Shown here piece after piece: positions 36,913 to 50,117 of a DNA stretch of 64,000 bases (positions are counted from its first letter, which is position 1; each line of letters opens with the position of its first letter). Source of the DNA: Vitrella brassicaformis CCMP3155 (taxonomy: Eukaryota > Protista > Chromerida); the NCBI GenBank assembly GCA_001179505.1, contig CDMY01000409.1, forward strand, positions 1-64,000. Direction: 5' to 3'. Below the pieces are notes generated by a model. The model ran no database searches, was not told where the DNA came from, and saw nothing but the letters and a program-made list of their open reading frames with translations. A program made the position numbers and the translations under genes.

Positions 36913-38255
36913 TGTACCGTCATCGTCGCTGTCGTCGTCCTGCTGCTGCTGTACTTGTCCGTCGAAGACATATGGCGCCACTCGCGCTAGCGCCACACGG
37001 GCCAGCTGAGTGGTCACGGGGAAGCGGTCCTTGAAGGCGCCACTCACACCAGCCACAGGCGCCTCGGTCGTCAGGACACTAACCATCACTGCAGACAGAC
37101 AGACGAGATTTAATGAGCAAAGCTGCCTGTCTGTCGGCCTGACCGGTGGCGTCCCACAAATCCTGAATGGCAATCCACGTGACGGACTCGTGGCTGCTGT
37201 TGGTCAGCACCAGAAACTGCACACCACCGTGCCAGCCGTCCCGGCTGATTGTGGTGGAGCAGCCGGCCACTGCTGTGTGGGGTGACTGGGTGAGGAGGCC
37301 AGCCAGACGGCCGCCACCAACACGCCTGAACCAACCACACACACACACACACACACAATCACACACGGACCCCTCTCGCCACTTGGGCCACTGGTGTGTC
37401 GTCACCTGTTGAGTGATATCGATGTGTCATTGGTCTGTTGAGTGTGGCAGAAGTGGTTGAGTATCTTGTCCTTGGCGAACGACGACAGCGACGCGTCGGT
37501 TGACAGGAGATCGCTCGACCCCCATCTGCCAAAGACGTCAGAGTAGAAGATGCCGCTCCGCACTGGTGGGTCATGCTGCTGTCGGTGCTGCTGATACAGA
37601 TGGCCGGCGGGGAGGGGCTGGTCGACGTCCAGCTGGAAGCCGGGCTCGTCCTTGATGGCCCGCACCTCACCATTGGCACGGCGGAAGATCCGCAGGCAGC
37701 TGCCGTCACCGAAGTCGATGTGGCGGCCGACCACCATGAGCTGCGCCAACACACGGGGAAACGATCTATACGCCTACACCACACCACACACAGACAGACA
37801 GACAGACAGACAGAGGATGAGGCCTCTGTGTTCTCTCCCATCCCCGTGTGTGTGTGCCTTACCGTCTTGTTGGCGTGTGTGTTGATGTCATCGGCCGTGA
37901 GGTTGAGGGGCAGCGTGCAGTAGCGGCACTGGCTGGCCCACTGCAGCACCTCCCCCGTCTCATCCCACCGCCCGCCCTTCTCGGCTATGCACACCGCCGC
38001 CATGAGCTCACCCATCCCCAGCGATGGGTCGAAGCGCACCAGCTGCAGCCGCTGAGTGTTGATGCCATCGCCGTCACGGCTCAGTGAGTCGGCGAGGCGG
38101 TTGCGCAGCTCAGCTACGGTGAAGGCAGCCCGGATGCGCCGCGATGTGGCCCTCAGGCGGGCAACTGTGACGATGTCGGGCAGATGGCCTCGGCTGCCAA
38201 CGAACAAGTAGCTGACGGGATGCTCCTGGGCGGCCATCGTCCCATCAGCCATCAT
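36834..38255 (-). CDS. Family copy 6, lacking exons 5-6; ends GEYL* if spliced or GTD* at 36907 if not
   Basis: MMADGTMAAQEHPVSYLFVGSRGHLPDIV..., followed by exons 2-4 and then the shared 3' module. Confidence 0.75.
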
Positions 38256-38330
38256 GCCAAGCCGTCAACACATGCCTACGATGAAATCCGCCGAAAAATG
38301 GGCTCGGCATGATCGAGTTTATTCAGCCCA

Positions 38331-38630
38331 NNNNNNNNNNNNNNNNNNNNNNNNNNNNNNNNNNNNNNNNNNNNNNNNNNNNNNNNNNNNNNNNNNNNNN
38401 NNNNNNNNNNNNNNNNNNNNNNNNNNNNNNNNNNNNNNNNNNNNNNNNNNNNNNNNNNNNNNNNNNNNNNNNNNNNNNNNNNNNNNNNNNNNNNNNNNNN
38501 NNNNNNNNNNNNNNNNNNNNNNNNNNNNNNNNNNNNNNNNNNNNNNNNNNNNNNNNNNNNNNNNNNNNNNNNNNNNNNNNNNNNNNNNNNNNNNNNNNNN
38601 NNNNNNNNNNNNNNNNNNNNNNNNNNNNNN
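38331..38630. other. Assembly gap, 300 N
   Basis: N run. Confidence 1.
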
Positions 38631-40130
38631 ACCTCCGCTGTCCTCTCCGTCGCTGTCGTCGTCCATATCATCCCAACCGCCGCCATGGCCGTCGGAATCT
38701 ACACCACACAGACAGACAGAGAAGAAATGCCATCCATCCATCCATGACCACCATGTGTGTGTCCCATCCTCCCCTGACCGCACCGTCGTCATCGTCATCC
38801 TGCTGCTGTTGTACTTGTCCGTCGAAGACGTATGGCGCCACTCGCCCCAGCGCCACACGGGCCAGCTGAGTGGTCACGGGGTAGCGGTCCTTGAAAGGCG
38901 CATCCTCACTCACACGAGCCGCAGGCGCCTCGGTTGTCTTAACAATAACCATTACTGCAGACAATGACAGTCAGAAAGAAAGGAGAAATGTGGCAGTTGA
39001 CGAGCAAAGCTGCCTGTCTATCGACCTGACCGGTGCCGTCCCCCCAAACCGAAATGCCAATCCACGCGACGAAGTCGTGGCTGGTGTTGGTGAGCACCAG
39101 AATCCGCCAACGACCACCCCCGCTGAATGTGGTGGTGCATCCGGCCACCGGTGTGTGGGGCGACTGGGTGAGGAGGCCATCCAGACGGCCGCCACCAACA
39201 CGCCTGAACCAACCACACACACACATACACACACACACACATACACACACATACACACACATACAGTAATCAGACCACTCTCGCCACTGGTGGCATTGAT
39301 GTGTTACCTGTTGAGTCGTATCCTTGTGCCAGTGGTCTGGTGGGTCTTGCTGAAGTGTTGGAAGATGATGTCCTTGGCCAACGAAGACACTAACGCATCG
39401 GTGTACGGGCCAGCGAACGACACCCATTCGCGGGCGGTGTCCCAGTGGATGCAGCTGGCCACTGGTGGGTCATGCTCTAGTCGGTGCCGCTGACACAGAT
39501 GGTCGGCAGGGAGGAGCGGGTTGATCGTCAGCTCGAAGCCGGGCTCGTCCTTGATGGCCCGCACCTCACCATTGGCACGGCGGAAGATCCGCAGGCAGCT
39601 GCCGTCACCGAAGTCGATGTGGCGGCCGACCACCATCAGCTGCGCCAACACACGAGCTACCGATCTAAACGCCTAGACCACACCACACACACAGACAGAG
39701 AAGAATGAATGGGGCCTCTCTGTTCTCTCCCCGCCCCTCTGTGTGTGTGCCTTACCGTCTTGTTGGCGTGTGTGCGAATGTCATTGGCTGTGAGGTTGAC
39801 GGGCAGTGTGCAGTAGCGGCACTGGCTGGCCCACTGCAGCACCTCCCGCGTCTCGTCCCACCGCCCGCCCTCCTCGGCGATCCACACCGCCGCCATGAGG
39901 TCACCCATCCCCAGCGATGGGTCGAACTGCACCAGCTGCAGCCGCTGAGTGTTGATGCCATCTCCGTCACGGCTCAGTGAGTTGGCGAGGCGGTTGCGCA
40001 GCTCGGCTACGGTGAAGGCAGCCCGGATGCGCCGCGATGTGGCCCTCAGGCGGGAAACCGTGACGATGTCGGGCAGATGGCCTCGGCTGCCGACAAACAA
40101 GTAGTTGACGGGGTGCTCCTGGGCAGCCAT
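38631..40130 (-). CDS. Family copy 7; 3' end runs into the gap
   Basis: MAAQEHPVNYLFVGSRGHLPDIV..., with exons 2-5 present. Confidence 0.8.
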
Positions 40131-40506
40131 CGTCCCGTCAGCCGCCCCAGCCGTCACGCCAAGCCGTCAACACATCGCTACGACGGAAATCACATGCGCT
40201 GGTACTCGGTTGTGTTCTCATTGGTCAGGAGCTGGCCCAGGAGCGTCTGGGGGTGTCGCTCGACAGTCGATCTGGTCATGTGGGCCGGGTGGGGGCAAGG
40301 GGAGACTTCAAGCCGTTTCGTCTACAGACTGCATGACTGTATTTTTCTGCGCATGTTTCTTCCTTTTTCATTCACAGATGTACATATCTATGTACAGTCA
40401 TTGAGACCCGTCCACACGCAGTGCTCCCAAGCGACAAAGCGAAACAAGGACAGCAGAATGAATGAATGGGTGAGAGGAATCGAACGCACAGACAATGAAC
40501 GCCATC

Positions 40507-41583
40507 TTAGCCACTCTCGCGGATGTTGTCCTGGAATTTCTGAATAAAGGATGACAGGTTGTCCACAATGGAATCCTGAGCAAAACCACGGTCGTCCGCC
40601 TCCCTATCCAAAGACACAAAAGACGCACGGGCAGACATATATACAGACCCAGAGCAATGTCTCTCCACTGTCCGTTTGCGTTGCATTCCTCTGCTGACTT
40701 TTCGATGTCTTCTCTGAGTTTTTGCACGGCGAGGGCCGCCAACTGCTCGCCCTTGAGCTGCCTCTTCTCCAGCTTGTCCTGCTCGACGGTCGTGTCGTCT
40801 CGAAGCTTGTCGATCTGAGAGACAGCGGTGGAAGCTGTGTGATGTGATGTCTGGTGTCGGTGGTATGTCTCTCTCTCTCTCTCACCATGACTTCCAGCTT
40901 GAATCTTTCCTGCTCCAGATCTTTCCTGTGCACATCAAAGTGCTCCCTCATCTTTTGCGCGACCTCTTTCTGCACCATCAATGGTGAGACAACGAGTGCA
41001 GTGCAGCACGCATGTCACTTTCTGGCTGGTTGGCTGTGTGGATGCTGTGAGTGAGTGGCTGACTGACCTCTTTCTGCAGTCTGTGTTTCCTCTCTGTCTC
41101 GAGCCCCTCGTTGAGGTGCTCCACGTTCTTCTGTACCGCACCCAGTGTGTCCTCTACAGCCTTGACGCGCTCGTCCTTCTCCTGGCAATCGGGTGATGCG
41201 GACAAAGAAGAAAACAGTCCGGTCTATGCGGTGTCTGTCTCTCGCACCTTTTGCAGCTCTTCAAAGCATTTCTCAATCTGCTGGTCCAGCACTTTGATGT
41301 CACCCCTGCAGGAAGGAGACAGCAAGAGAGAGAGACACACACACAGACAGATGCATGCATTTGCGCGGTGGGCTTTTCGCGCACTTGAGCTCTTCGTATC
41401 GCTCCTCCAGAGCTGCCTTCTGCTCTTCCCGGAGACTTGACAAATCGAACTCAAATTTCTGAATACACAAAGGCGAGGCGGACAGTCGGATGGAAAGGCG
41501 AGAAAATGGCGTTATTGGTGTTCATGTTATCATTACGCTTTGGAAGGACTTGATGATGTCCATCAGCCTCTTGGTCTCTGCAG

Positions 41584-41615
<32 letters not shown>

Positions 41616-42218
41616 CCAACATACTGCACGGGAGTGAAGCCATCCCCATCGACCCGCCCAGGTGACCTGCTTGGATGAGGTTGTTTGTTGCTTGTATCCT
41701 CATAAGCACATCCTGGTGCCTCTCCTCCTGCAATCGTCTCTGCTCCTCACGCATACGCTGCGCCTCCTCAAACACACGAGCCATCGCCATCACCTGCATC
41801 GATCACACACAGACAGACAGCCATCCACACACGAAGGGGGTGAGTGGTTGTGTCTTTGCCTCGCGCACCTGTCCCGCCAGCGCATTGAGTTTCTCGTCTT
41901 TGCTGCTGGGAAGGTCTTCCTTTCTTGTTGTCCTCTCCATGCCCTCTGACCCCTCCACTGCCCTCCTCTCGATGGCCTTGGCGCCCACACTGCTCCTCAG
42001 CTCCGCCTCCCTGACCATGAATCATCAATCAGAATGGGTGGATCGCTACATGCACCGCATACACGATTCCGTCTGGGCCGTACGTACCTGATGGTCATGA
42101 CTTGGCTCTTGTTCAGGCCGTCTGCTTCGTGCTTGCCCAGTCCCCCAACAGAGCGCTTCTTGTGGCTTCCAGCCGGACTGGACACCTCGGCATTCCGCAA
42201 ACGGCTACGCGTCGACAT
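40507..42218 (-). CDS. SFA: SF-assemblin / beta-giardin family striated-fibre protein
   Basis: Non-helical head, then coiled coil DEKLNAL...FEEAQRMREEQRRLQEERHQDVLMRIQATNNLIQAETKRLMDIIKSFQSKFE. C-terminus EADDRGFAQDSIVDNLSSFIQKFQDNIRESG* fits the SFA pattern. Recognised by motif memory, not by search. Confidence 0.7.
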
Positions 42219-42336
42219 CGGACTATCAGAGGCAAGAAGCGACGGAGTACTGAAAGGGATCTTCACATCTCAGCTCGCAAAGTTTCGGGCCCCGCGTGAA
42301 ACCGCTCTCTCTTTCACTCCTTTCCTTTTTCAGTCG
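42219..42336. promoter_or_regulatory. Candidate bidirectional promoter between SFA and the ART-like gene
   Basis: 118 bp between divergent ATGs. Confidence 0.4.
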
Positions 42337-44712
42337 ATGACGCGCAGTGGTGCAGAGCGAAAACGACGCTGGTAAAGCAAGGCTGCTCGCACCTCATGCA
42401 TCCCCTTCGCATGCCCTTCCTCTGTGTGTGTCTGTGTGTGTCCATCGACAGGAAGCTGAACAAGCGCCTTCAGGCCACCGCGTCGTGGCTGGGGGGTGAC
42501 GGCCAGTCTGACTCGACATGGATCTCCCACGCGGGCAGCGCACCGGCCATCCTCAACCCATCGATGGTCATCACACCTCGAGGCTTCTCGAGGCCACCAG
42601 GGGGGCCTGATGAGCGGCGGACCGATGGGGGGAGTCCAATGGTGCCGCTTCTGGGGAGCGGTGGCTTCCCGCCTCGCGTGTCTGGGCAGGCCGCGTCTGA
42701 CAGGGGAGGGGTGACCTTGTCAGACAGGGAGTTCCAGATGGGCAGCCAAGACTCGGGCGGATCTCTCGGTGCGCGAGGGAATGGACGGGGATTGTCCACT
42801 GCTGACCTCACTTTCTGTCTGTTTCTGCCAGGTGACGAGTCTGAGGATCCCCGGTTTCCTGCTTTCAGCGAGCCGGCGCCATACCATCTCTCAGGTCACA
42901 CACACAGCCGGCCATATGTGCGCTTGCATCCACACGTCTTGTTATTTTGTTCTTCCTGCATGTAGCTGCGGAGCGTACGTGTCTGAAGACGCTGGCCCGC
43001 ATGCGTGAGGCGATAGACCCCGCCAGTCCCTTCCACATGCTGATGGACCGGCTGTGTCGCATGGTCTTCAAGAAGGACTTCTGTGTGCTCGACCAGTGGA
43101 CGAGGGCAACCACTACCATGATCGAAAATGTATGCCAGCCAGCACTGCTGGAGAGCACCCCCATGGGCTCCGCATGTCAATGGATACTGTGTGGTGGTGT
43201 GTTCAGGCGACGGCGAGCGCGATCGAGGTTGAGGTGGCCCAGTGCGACTTTCTCTGCCTAAACCCCACCATCCACGAGGCAGCCGGAGATAAGGTACTCA
43301 CCACATCGCAACACGATGACGCCCCACCACGCATTGACCATTGTCTGTTTCGGCCTGCCTGCCTCCGTGCCTGGCTGCCTGCAGTCCTTCCCTCCTGACG
43401 TGAATCGGAAGATGATGCGTGGTGGGGAGGCGTACGTCATCCCCTCTGGCTGGTGCCGCCTGGGCATCAAGGGCGGAGAGCTGCCGTCACACTGGTGTGT
43501 CGCATTCGCCGGTACGCAACCCACCACATACTCACACAGCCTCAGACACAGCCACATGCGATGGATGAATGTGTGTGTTTGTGTGTTCAGGCAAGAACTT
43601 CTCTCGGCGGAACTCGCTGTTTGAGAACAACATCCTGCTGCCGGGCATCTTCTACCGCGACGGCACTGTCCTGCTGCGCCGCTTCGACGTCCCCCCGCCG
43701 AAGTCCCCCGCACTCACACCCTTCGCCACGGCCGCACCCACACCATCGCCTCCCCTGCTGCACAAGGAACTCCCGGCATCCAGCCACAGCGACACGTCCT
43801 TTCTCTCCCTGCAGTCATCCGAGGCTTCGGGCAGCGAATTGGACAGCGAGCGGCAGCAGCGGCGTGCGACATCTGCGGTGGAGGGGCGGGCGATGCGAAA
43901 CCTGCCGGCGGTGACGGAGGCGTCTCAGAGTGTGCACTATGCGGGGCTGCACTCGCAGCCCCATGCGCTGGAGCGGTCGTATGTGCAGTTCTCATTCCAG
44001 GTGCTGGTGCACCCGCAACACGTCAGGCGGACTAAGGGTAGGGTGAGCGGGGGAAATCCATCCACACATTCACAGAGATGAGTGTGACGATTGTGTATCG
44101 TGTCTGTCGGTGTGCAGGCCAGCTGGCGGCGGCCATATGGCCCTGTGAGCTGCCTTTTGACCCCAACTACCCGGACAACGAGCTCGAGTGGCACATACGC
44201 GACCCATCCAAGGTCATCATCATGGGCCTCCTATTCAGAGAGGTCAGCGAGCGACCGCACAGACGTCCATAGTGACAACACACAACAGCGGCCTGCTCTG
44301 TGTGTGTGTGCGTCAGGTGGCGGTGCATCCGTTCGACCTGAATCTGCGTCGGCAGCAGGAGGTCGAGGCCTTCAGGCAGATGCGCATGCGCGAGCCACCC
44401 GCCATATGGCTCTACAAATACGCCGACCACTCACAGCCTGTCCGATTCCCAACCGGTGAGGAAGCGAGACCACACACACACACCCTCATGTCATGCACAA
44501 GGACAGGCAGGCAGGCAGATCGGCCCACGGCTGTGTCGTGTTGTGTCGTGTTGTGTCGCGTTGTGCTGTGTGTCAGGCATCCAGAGTTTGCTGAACAGTG
44601 AGTATCGTGCGGGCAAGGCGCGATCATCGGCATTTCGGCTTGAAGACATGGACATCCATGGAGCCTGTTAGCCATCATAGACAGGCGGGGAGGGAGCCAA
44701 CACCAACAGCCG

Positions 44713-44746
<34 letters not shown>

Positions 44747-45159
44747 TGTGTGCAGTCGCGCCCGGTGCGCCTGCGGTGTTGTGGGACGTCGTCTTCATGA
44801 TCCCTGCCCTCAGACAGGTACGCACACACCAGCCACATACCCCTCTTCATCTGTCAAGGTATCGTTCTTTCCGTCAGGTGAACAACCCTACAGTGTGTTT
44901 CTCGGTCACCCGTGTGGTGCAGGACGACCGGCCGGCCCCCCACGACCCACTGCGCGCTCTCGGGAGCGACAGCAGCGCGGCCCCCATCACCGTCGACCTT
45001 GCCAACTTGCGGGGTCACCACTTCATCCCCGGCATGCGGGAGGATACTAATCCGCCGGGCGTGGGTGGTGTGGGTCTGGGGCTGCGTCTGCTGCCGCAGT
45101 TGCCGCAGTCTGAGGGGCCGGGGCTGCCCAGGACAGAGGCTATCGACCACGCCAGATGA
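42337..45159 (+). CDS. Protein with a NEURL4-type ADP-ribosyltransferase (PARP-like) domain and a WWE-like domain
   Basis: RGGEAYVIPSGWCRLGI..WCVAFAG, SVHYA, VQFSFQVLVHP, PFDPNYPDNELEW and IIMGLLFR match the NEURL4 C-terminal ART-like pattern. WLYKY...FPTGIQSLLNSEYRAGK...RQVNNPT..FSVTRV resembles WWE. Confidence 0.7.
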
Positions 45160-46148
45160 GCCGTGATGGCGAACCGGAGAGGCGAGAGGGGGCGCTCAGC
45201 TACTACTATTTTTCTTGGCTGACCTGGTGCGACCAACGTGCATCTATCTGCCCACCTCATGTGACAGATGCACCATCTCACGTGTCTATGTTCCCCTTGC
45301 GTACGGCACGGGGTTAAGTGGCGAGGTGCGGAGACGTCCTGCGGGGTGCTGTATGCGTGTGTGCCTGCTTGACTGGTGTGTGTGGAGTTGGGGTGTAGTG
45401 GTTGTTGAGGGTTTGAGCGTCGGAGCTCCCGCTCCCATATGTTCCTTATAAGGATGGGAGAATGGGAGACACTCGCTGACAATTGCGTGACTGACTGGCC
45501 GACCGACTGGCTGACTGGCTGACTCGCTGAATGAGGGGCAACATGGGGATCATGAGAGTGTGTGACCGAGTCGATTGCATGCATACACATAGATTGCATG
45601 CATACACATACATGCCTTCAGATGGAGACACAGCATCGCCAGGTTGTGTCTGCCATTTATTGCCTCTTGTGGTTGTGCGCATCTGTTGGAGCTTTTCTAT
45701 TTTTGCGCGTCCATGAATGGCCCTCCACATCTGCCGGAGGTCAGAGTCAGCTCAGATAAATCCACTGCGCGTCCGTGTGACCTTGCAGCCACCGTGTATG
45801 TGTGACTTGTCAACCTTCAGCGGTATCGTCGGCCTGGTGGTGAGGGCGGGGCTCACTGCATACATTAAAGTGTGTCCCCACTCTCTGCAGGCAACGCGAC
45901 CGAAAGATTTGCTCCCTTCGGCCGAAGATATGCTTCCTTCGGGTCGGCGTGAAACAAACACAGAAAGGGTACCGTGATTCCACGGTAGATATGGGGCTCC
46001 AAGGTCTTCGCACGCGACACAACGCTCCGTCATTTTTTGCGAGGAAGGCTTTGGAAGAGTGTCTGGATAGAGCGTCATCTCCGTGAAGATCCGTCCCCCG
46101 GCCCCATTCTCGCACGAGTGACCCCTTCGTCCCCTCCCCGTCACCAAG

Positions 46149-49100
46149 ATGGACGCCAACACGATGATGGATGACCGCACTCAAAGGATGTTCGAGCTGG
46201 AACTGATGCGACTGGTAAGCCTCTCACTCGTCAATCATTCATTTATCCATCCATCCATCAAGTGCGTCCATACGCAATTGCCAATGTGTGGTCACTGCGG
46301 TGCAGGACGGCCACAGCCCCAGGAACGCCGGCAAGGTCAGCTCACAAGAGGAGATCGAGATGGTGGCGGCCCCCCAGGAACGCCGGCAAGGTCAGCTCAC
46401 AAGAGGAGATCGAGATGGGTGCAATACAAGCGGCGGGTGGCTGTCAGACCAGGCACGGACATAGCTGCAGACGTCATGATCAAGAGAGCCCCTCGCGACG
46501 CGATACACAAACGAATGAATTATGTTAACTGGTATGTAGGATACATCCACAGATATCATCTTGACATGCTTATTGTATGCTGCTTCTGGCAGGTTTTTCG
46601 CTCTGGTGGTGGTGTTTCTTGCCGTGATCCATGTGCTGGCTGAGCAGGTCGTAGCCGACCTGCCGTCATTCTACGACGAGTATGTCCTGCACAGCACATC
46701 CACAGCGACATGCAGTCACGCGAAGAATCCGTGTTGCCTGTGCTGTGGCACGTCATGTGTCACAGCTATGGTTTCTTTGCTTTCCCAACCATACAATCAT
46801 ACATCGACCAGAGCACCAACACGACCAAGCACTACCGGGTCGAGAGCAGCGGCTTGAGTGTCTTTTATGCCATTCTGTGGGCACTGGTCGCGACGGCGGG
46901 GCTCTACACCTTCATCCTGCACGCCGCCTTTTTTCGCCGCAAGATATCGAATCTAAACCGCCACAAATGGAAGTCTTTCGTGCGGGCCCATCAGCGCAGA
47001 CAGAGCATCAAGCAGCTCCACACAATCTCTCAGAGACACATCTCTAAGAGGTCGGTCGGCGGACAGGCTACGGAAGGGCTCGACGAGACCAGGTGGAGTG
47101 CCTGTTTGCGATCCGCGCGCATCATTTGGATTGAGGCGCTGCTGCTGCTCGAGGCTATACTGGGCGTAGGTGGACGGTAAGCGAAGCGAGCGACAAGTGT
47201 CTCGGTGTGCTATCTATGGGTCTCATGCAGCTTATTTTGGACTTCGTACTTCGTCGATGAGATTTTCACGGGTCATTTACAGCTCTATCGCGTTTTCTAT
47301 ATAGGCGGCTGGGACATCTTGCGTACGCACGGCGAAACACCTCCAGGTAGGTACATGGATGCTGCGAAGAATGGGCCCATCTTCTCTGTCTTTGTGTCGG
47401 CTGTACGCACTAGGTCACTGGGCGGCTTTCACCTCGCTGTCTCTGATAATTGCTCTGCACTCATGCGTCTTGCTGTGGGCTTGGCTCTCAAAGAAGCGGG
47501 GGCTGGCCATCTTGCTTTCATTTGTGGTCAACATGACTTATGCCGCACACCAAATTGGGACTGGACTGGACTGGACAGGCCGAACGAGAGGAGTCACTCT
47601 TGGTAGCGTCACAAGAGCCTGCCTTCTTGTTCGATGGTGTGTGCATTCTTGTGCTCATGTCGGCGTTCAGGTACTCTCGTGCAGCTTCGGTCCGCCAACT
47701 TTTTGTTCTTCTTGGCGGTGTGGTATCCACTCTGGAAAGAAGCCCATACCTTGCACACGCTCGATGGACTGATCATGGTGCGCAACTATCTGCGGTGGAA
47801 ACAACACAACGCCAGGAAACTGCACCCTAGTAAGCAGCCAAAGACAACGACACTCGTGAGTTCGCCTTTCAGAGAACATGCTTTGGGCATAATGGATGGA
47901 TGCAGCAATCCAGCCGAGAACGACGTGCATGCGGCCCCTGCCGATGCCCGCCTTGCGGATGTGGCAAAAGATGCGGACTCGTCCGCTGAGCCTCTCAGCC
48001 ATGTGCCCGAGGAGGTGATGCAAGCCAAGAATCAAGCAGAGGGCGCCCCGACCCCCGTCAGACGCAGCAAAAGCAGCCTTGAGCACAGTGACATGCTGCT
48101 CGAGCAAGCGGATGATATGTCTCTGCCGTCGGACGATCACCCGGTTCTGTCTCCCGTCCACAAGTCCGACACTCGAACGGGGCGATCCAGCATCAGGTCC
48201 GCCACTATCCCACGTGTGGGAGCGGCGAATAAAGAGCCCCCACCGACAAGGCGTCTGAGAGGGCCATCGATTGTCAGTGCTCTTGCTTATGTGAAGCCCA
48301 TTCAGCCAAGTGAAGCGTCCCGGGCCACAACAACATCAATGATATCGGCGGCCAGCTGGCACCCCGATGACCACTCGCCAGCAATGGTCACAGTGCGGTC
48401 CCACCTGACGGATCTGGTATCAGAGGTGACTGCCCTTGCAGGGCTGGGTGACCCAGACAGCCCAGAAGGCAAATTCAGCAATGCACAAGATCAAGAGCAG
48501 GAAGACAATCGCGAGATGGGATCCGAGAGGCGTGGAAGGCTGTTGCGGCTTCTCAGTGTTCTTGGTCGGGTTGAGAGGAACGTTCCTACACCAATCGCGG
48601 TCATTTGGTTCCTGATCTGCGTGAGAGCGACAGACAAGCAAAGCCAAGAATGAATGCCAAACGGACCGTTTCCCCCATGTGCCTTCAGTTGACCCTGTTG
48701 ACTTTCCTGGTGACACAAATGATCCGCTCATCGGTGCAGTGCCCCACGTAAGGCCATCCACTCACACGAAGGAGAAGTGGGCCTTCCTGACCTTACAGCT
48801 GGTGCATCACAGGATTTCCGGATACAAGTACTGTCTTCAAAAGGTGGGCTCGTAGCAAGGGATCCACATGACAAGTGGATGTGCCTGATAGTAGCCTGTG
48901 TCGTAGACGTACCCGCCATGGGGCACAGAGAAGAACGCCATGGTACGCCAAACAACACCGCGCGAGAAACGCTGTCCACAAGTGTCGGCTTCTCTCAAGT
49001 GATCCATTTGTGGATGCAGCGCCCGTGCAACTGCCGTCAGTACGGGGCGGGATTTGGCGTGGATCCAAGAGAGTTTCGGGACGGCATCGACGAGTACACT

Positions 49101-50047
49101 ACCATTGAAGGTATCGGTGTTGGCTTCGATTCCTCGTCGACAGAAAGAGTTCTCAACGCCAAGCAAAAACTGCCTCTCCAGGCCATACCCGACTCGATTC
49201 ACCACCACAAATTCCTTAAATGTATGCCTCGCTCAGCAGAAAGGAGCCCAACATGTCAAGCCGTTTGTTTCCGTTCAGACATTATTTATCAGTTGAGCGC
49301 GATCAGCTCATTGCCACGAGCGCTGCTGGCCCTGCCGGATTTGGAGTATATAAATCTCGCTTTCTGCGATATCGGTAGCTGTGTATGTATCCCTCAAACA
49401 GCCAGCCAGCCAGCCAGCCAGACAGCCAGACAGTTGCAATGTCTCTCACAGACAGACAGTTGCAATGTCTCTGTGCTCACCAGGCGAGGTGCCTGACTGG
49501 CTGCCGTATCTTCCCAAGCTGAAGGCACTGGACCTGCGATTGAACCGCATCGCCAGTCTTCCCTTGACGATGACCAAGGCAGCTAATACCCTGAACAACC
49601 TCTTTCTGCTGCTCAATCCGATCTGCTTCAATGGTTGGTTCGACACCATCACTGACAGAGACATGCAGCGACTCTTCGATCGGCTGAAGCCCTGCCCCGA
49701 CATCATCCAAGACCCATTGAGACCCGACACCAGAGCAAGGGCCATTGACGAGGGCCACCTGCAGATCCATACACTGTCCGGGGCAACCGCTACAAGCGAT
49801 GAGTGCCTTCCGATCTGCACGCTGGTATCACTCACATGACACGGACAAAGGTGCAAGAGAACTCTGCAAATGTCCGTTTGTGTGTGTGTGCAGATGCACT
49901 CGTATTTCCGGGGGCTGGACGGCAATTTCGACAATTCTTTGTGTTTCAAGGAGATTGACAACGTGATATCGGTTGAAAAGGGGGTGTACGACAGCCTACT
50001 CAGACACTACCAGGCAGACGACCTCACCCTGCCATGCGCAAAATGGA
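46149..50047 (+). CDS. Multi-pass membrane protein with a low-complexity loop and an LRR region
   Basis: Hydrophobic exons FFALVVVFLAVIHVL, VFYAILWALVATAGLYTFIL, IIWIEALLLLEAILG, ANFLFFLAVWYP and PIAVIWFLIC. Then WMQRPCNCR and LRRs LPDLEYINLAFCDI / LPKLKALDLRLNRIASLP / LNNLFLLLNPIC. Exon structure is partly uncertain. Confidence 0.65.
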
Positions 50048-50117
50048 GTAAGGCAGTATGTATGTGCAAGCGAAATGATACGTCCATACTACTTATGTTG
50101 CTGTCCCTTTCCCTCAG

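Noticed and set aside
45916-45927. 12-bp palindrome CTTCGGCCGAAG upstream of the TM gene
   Set aside because: A single short palindrome is not significant in GC-rich DNA.
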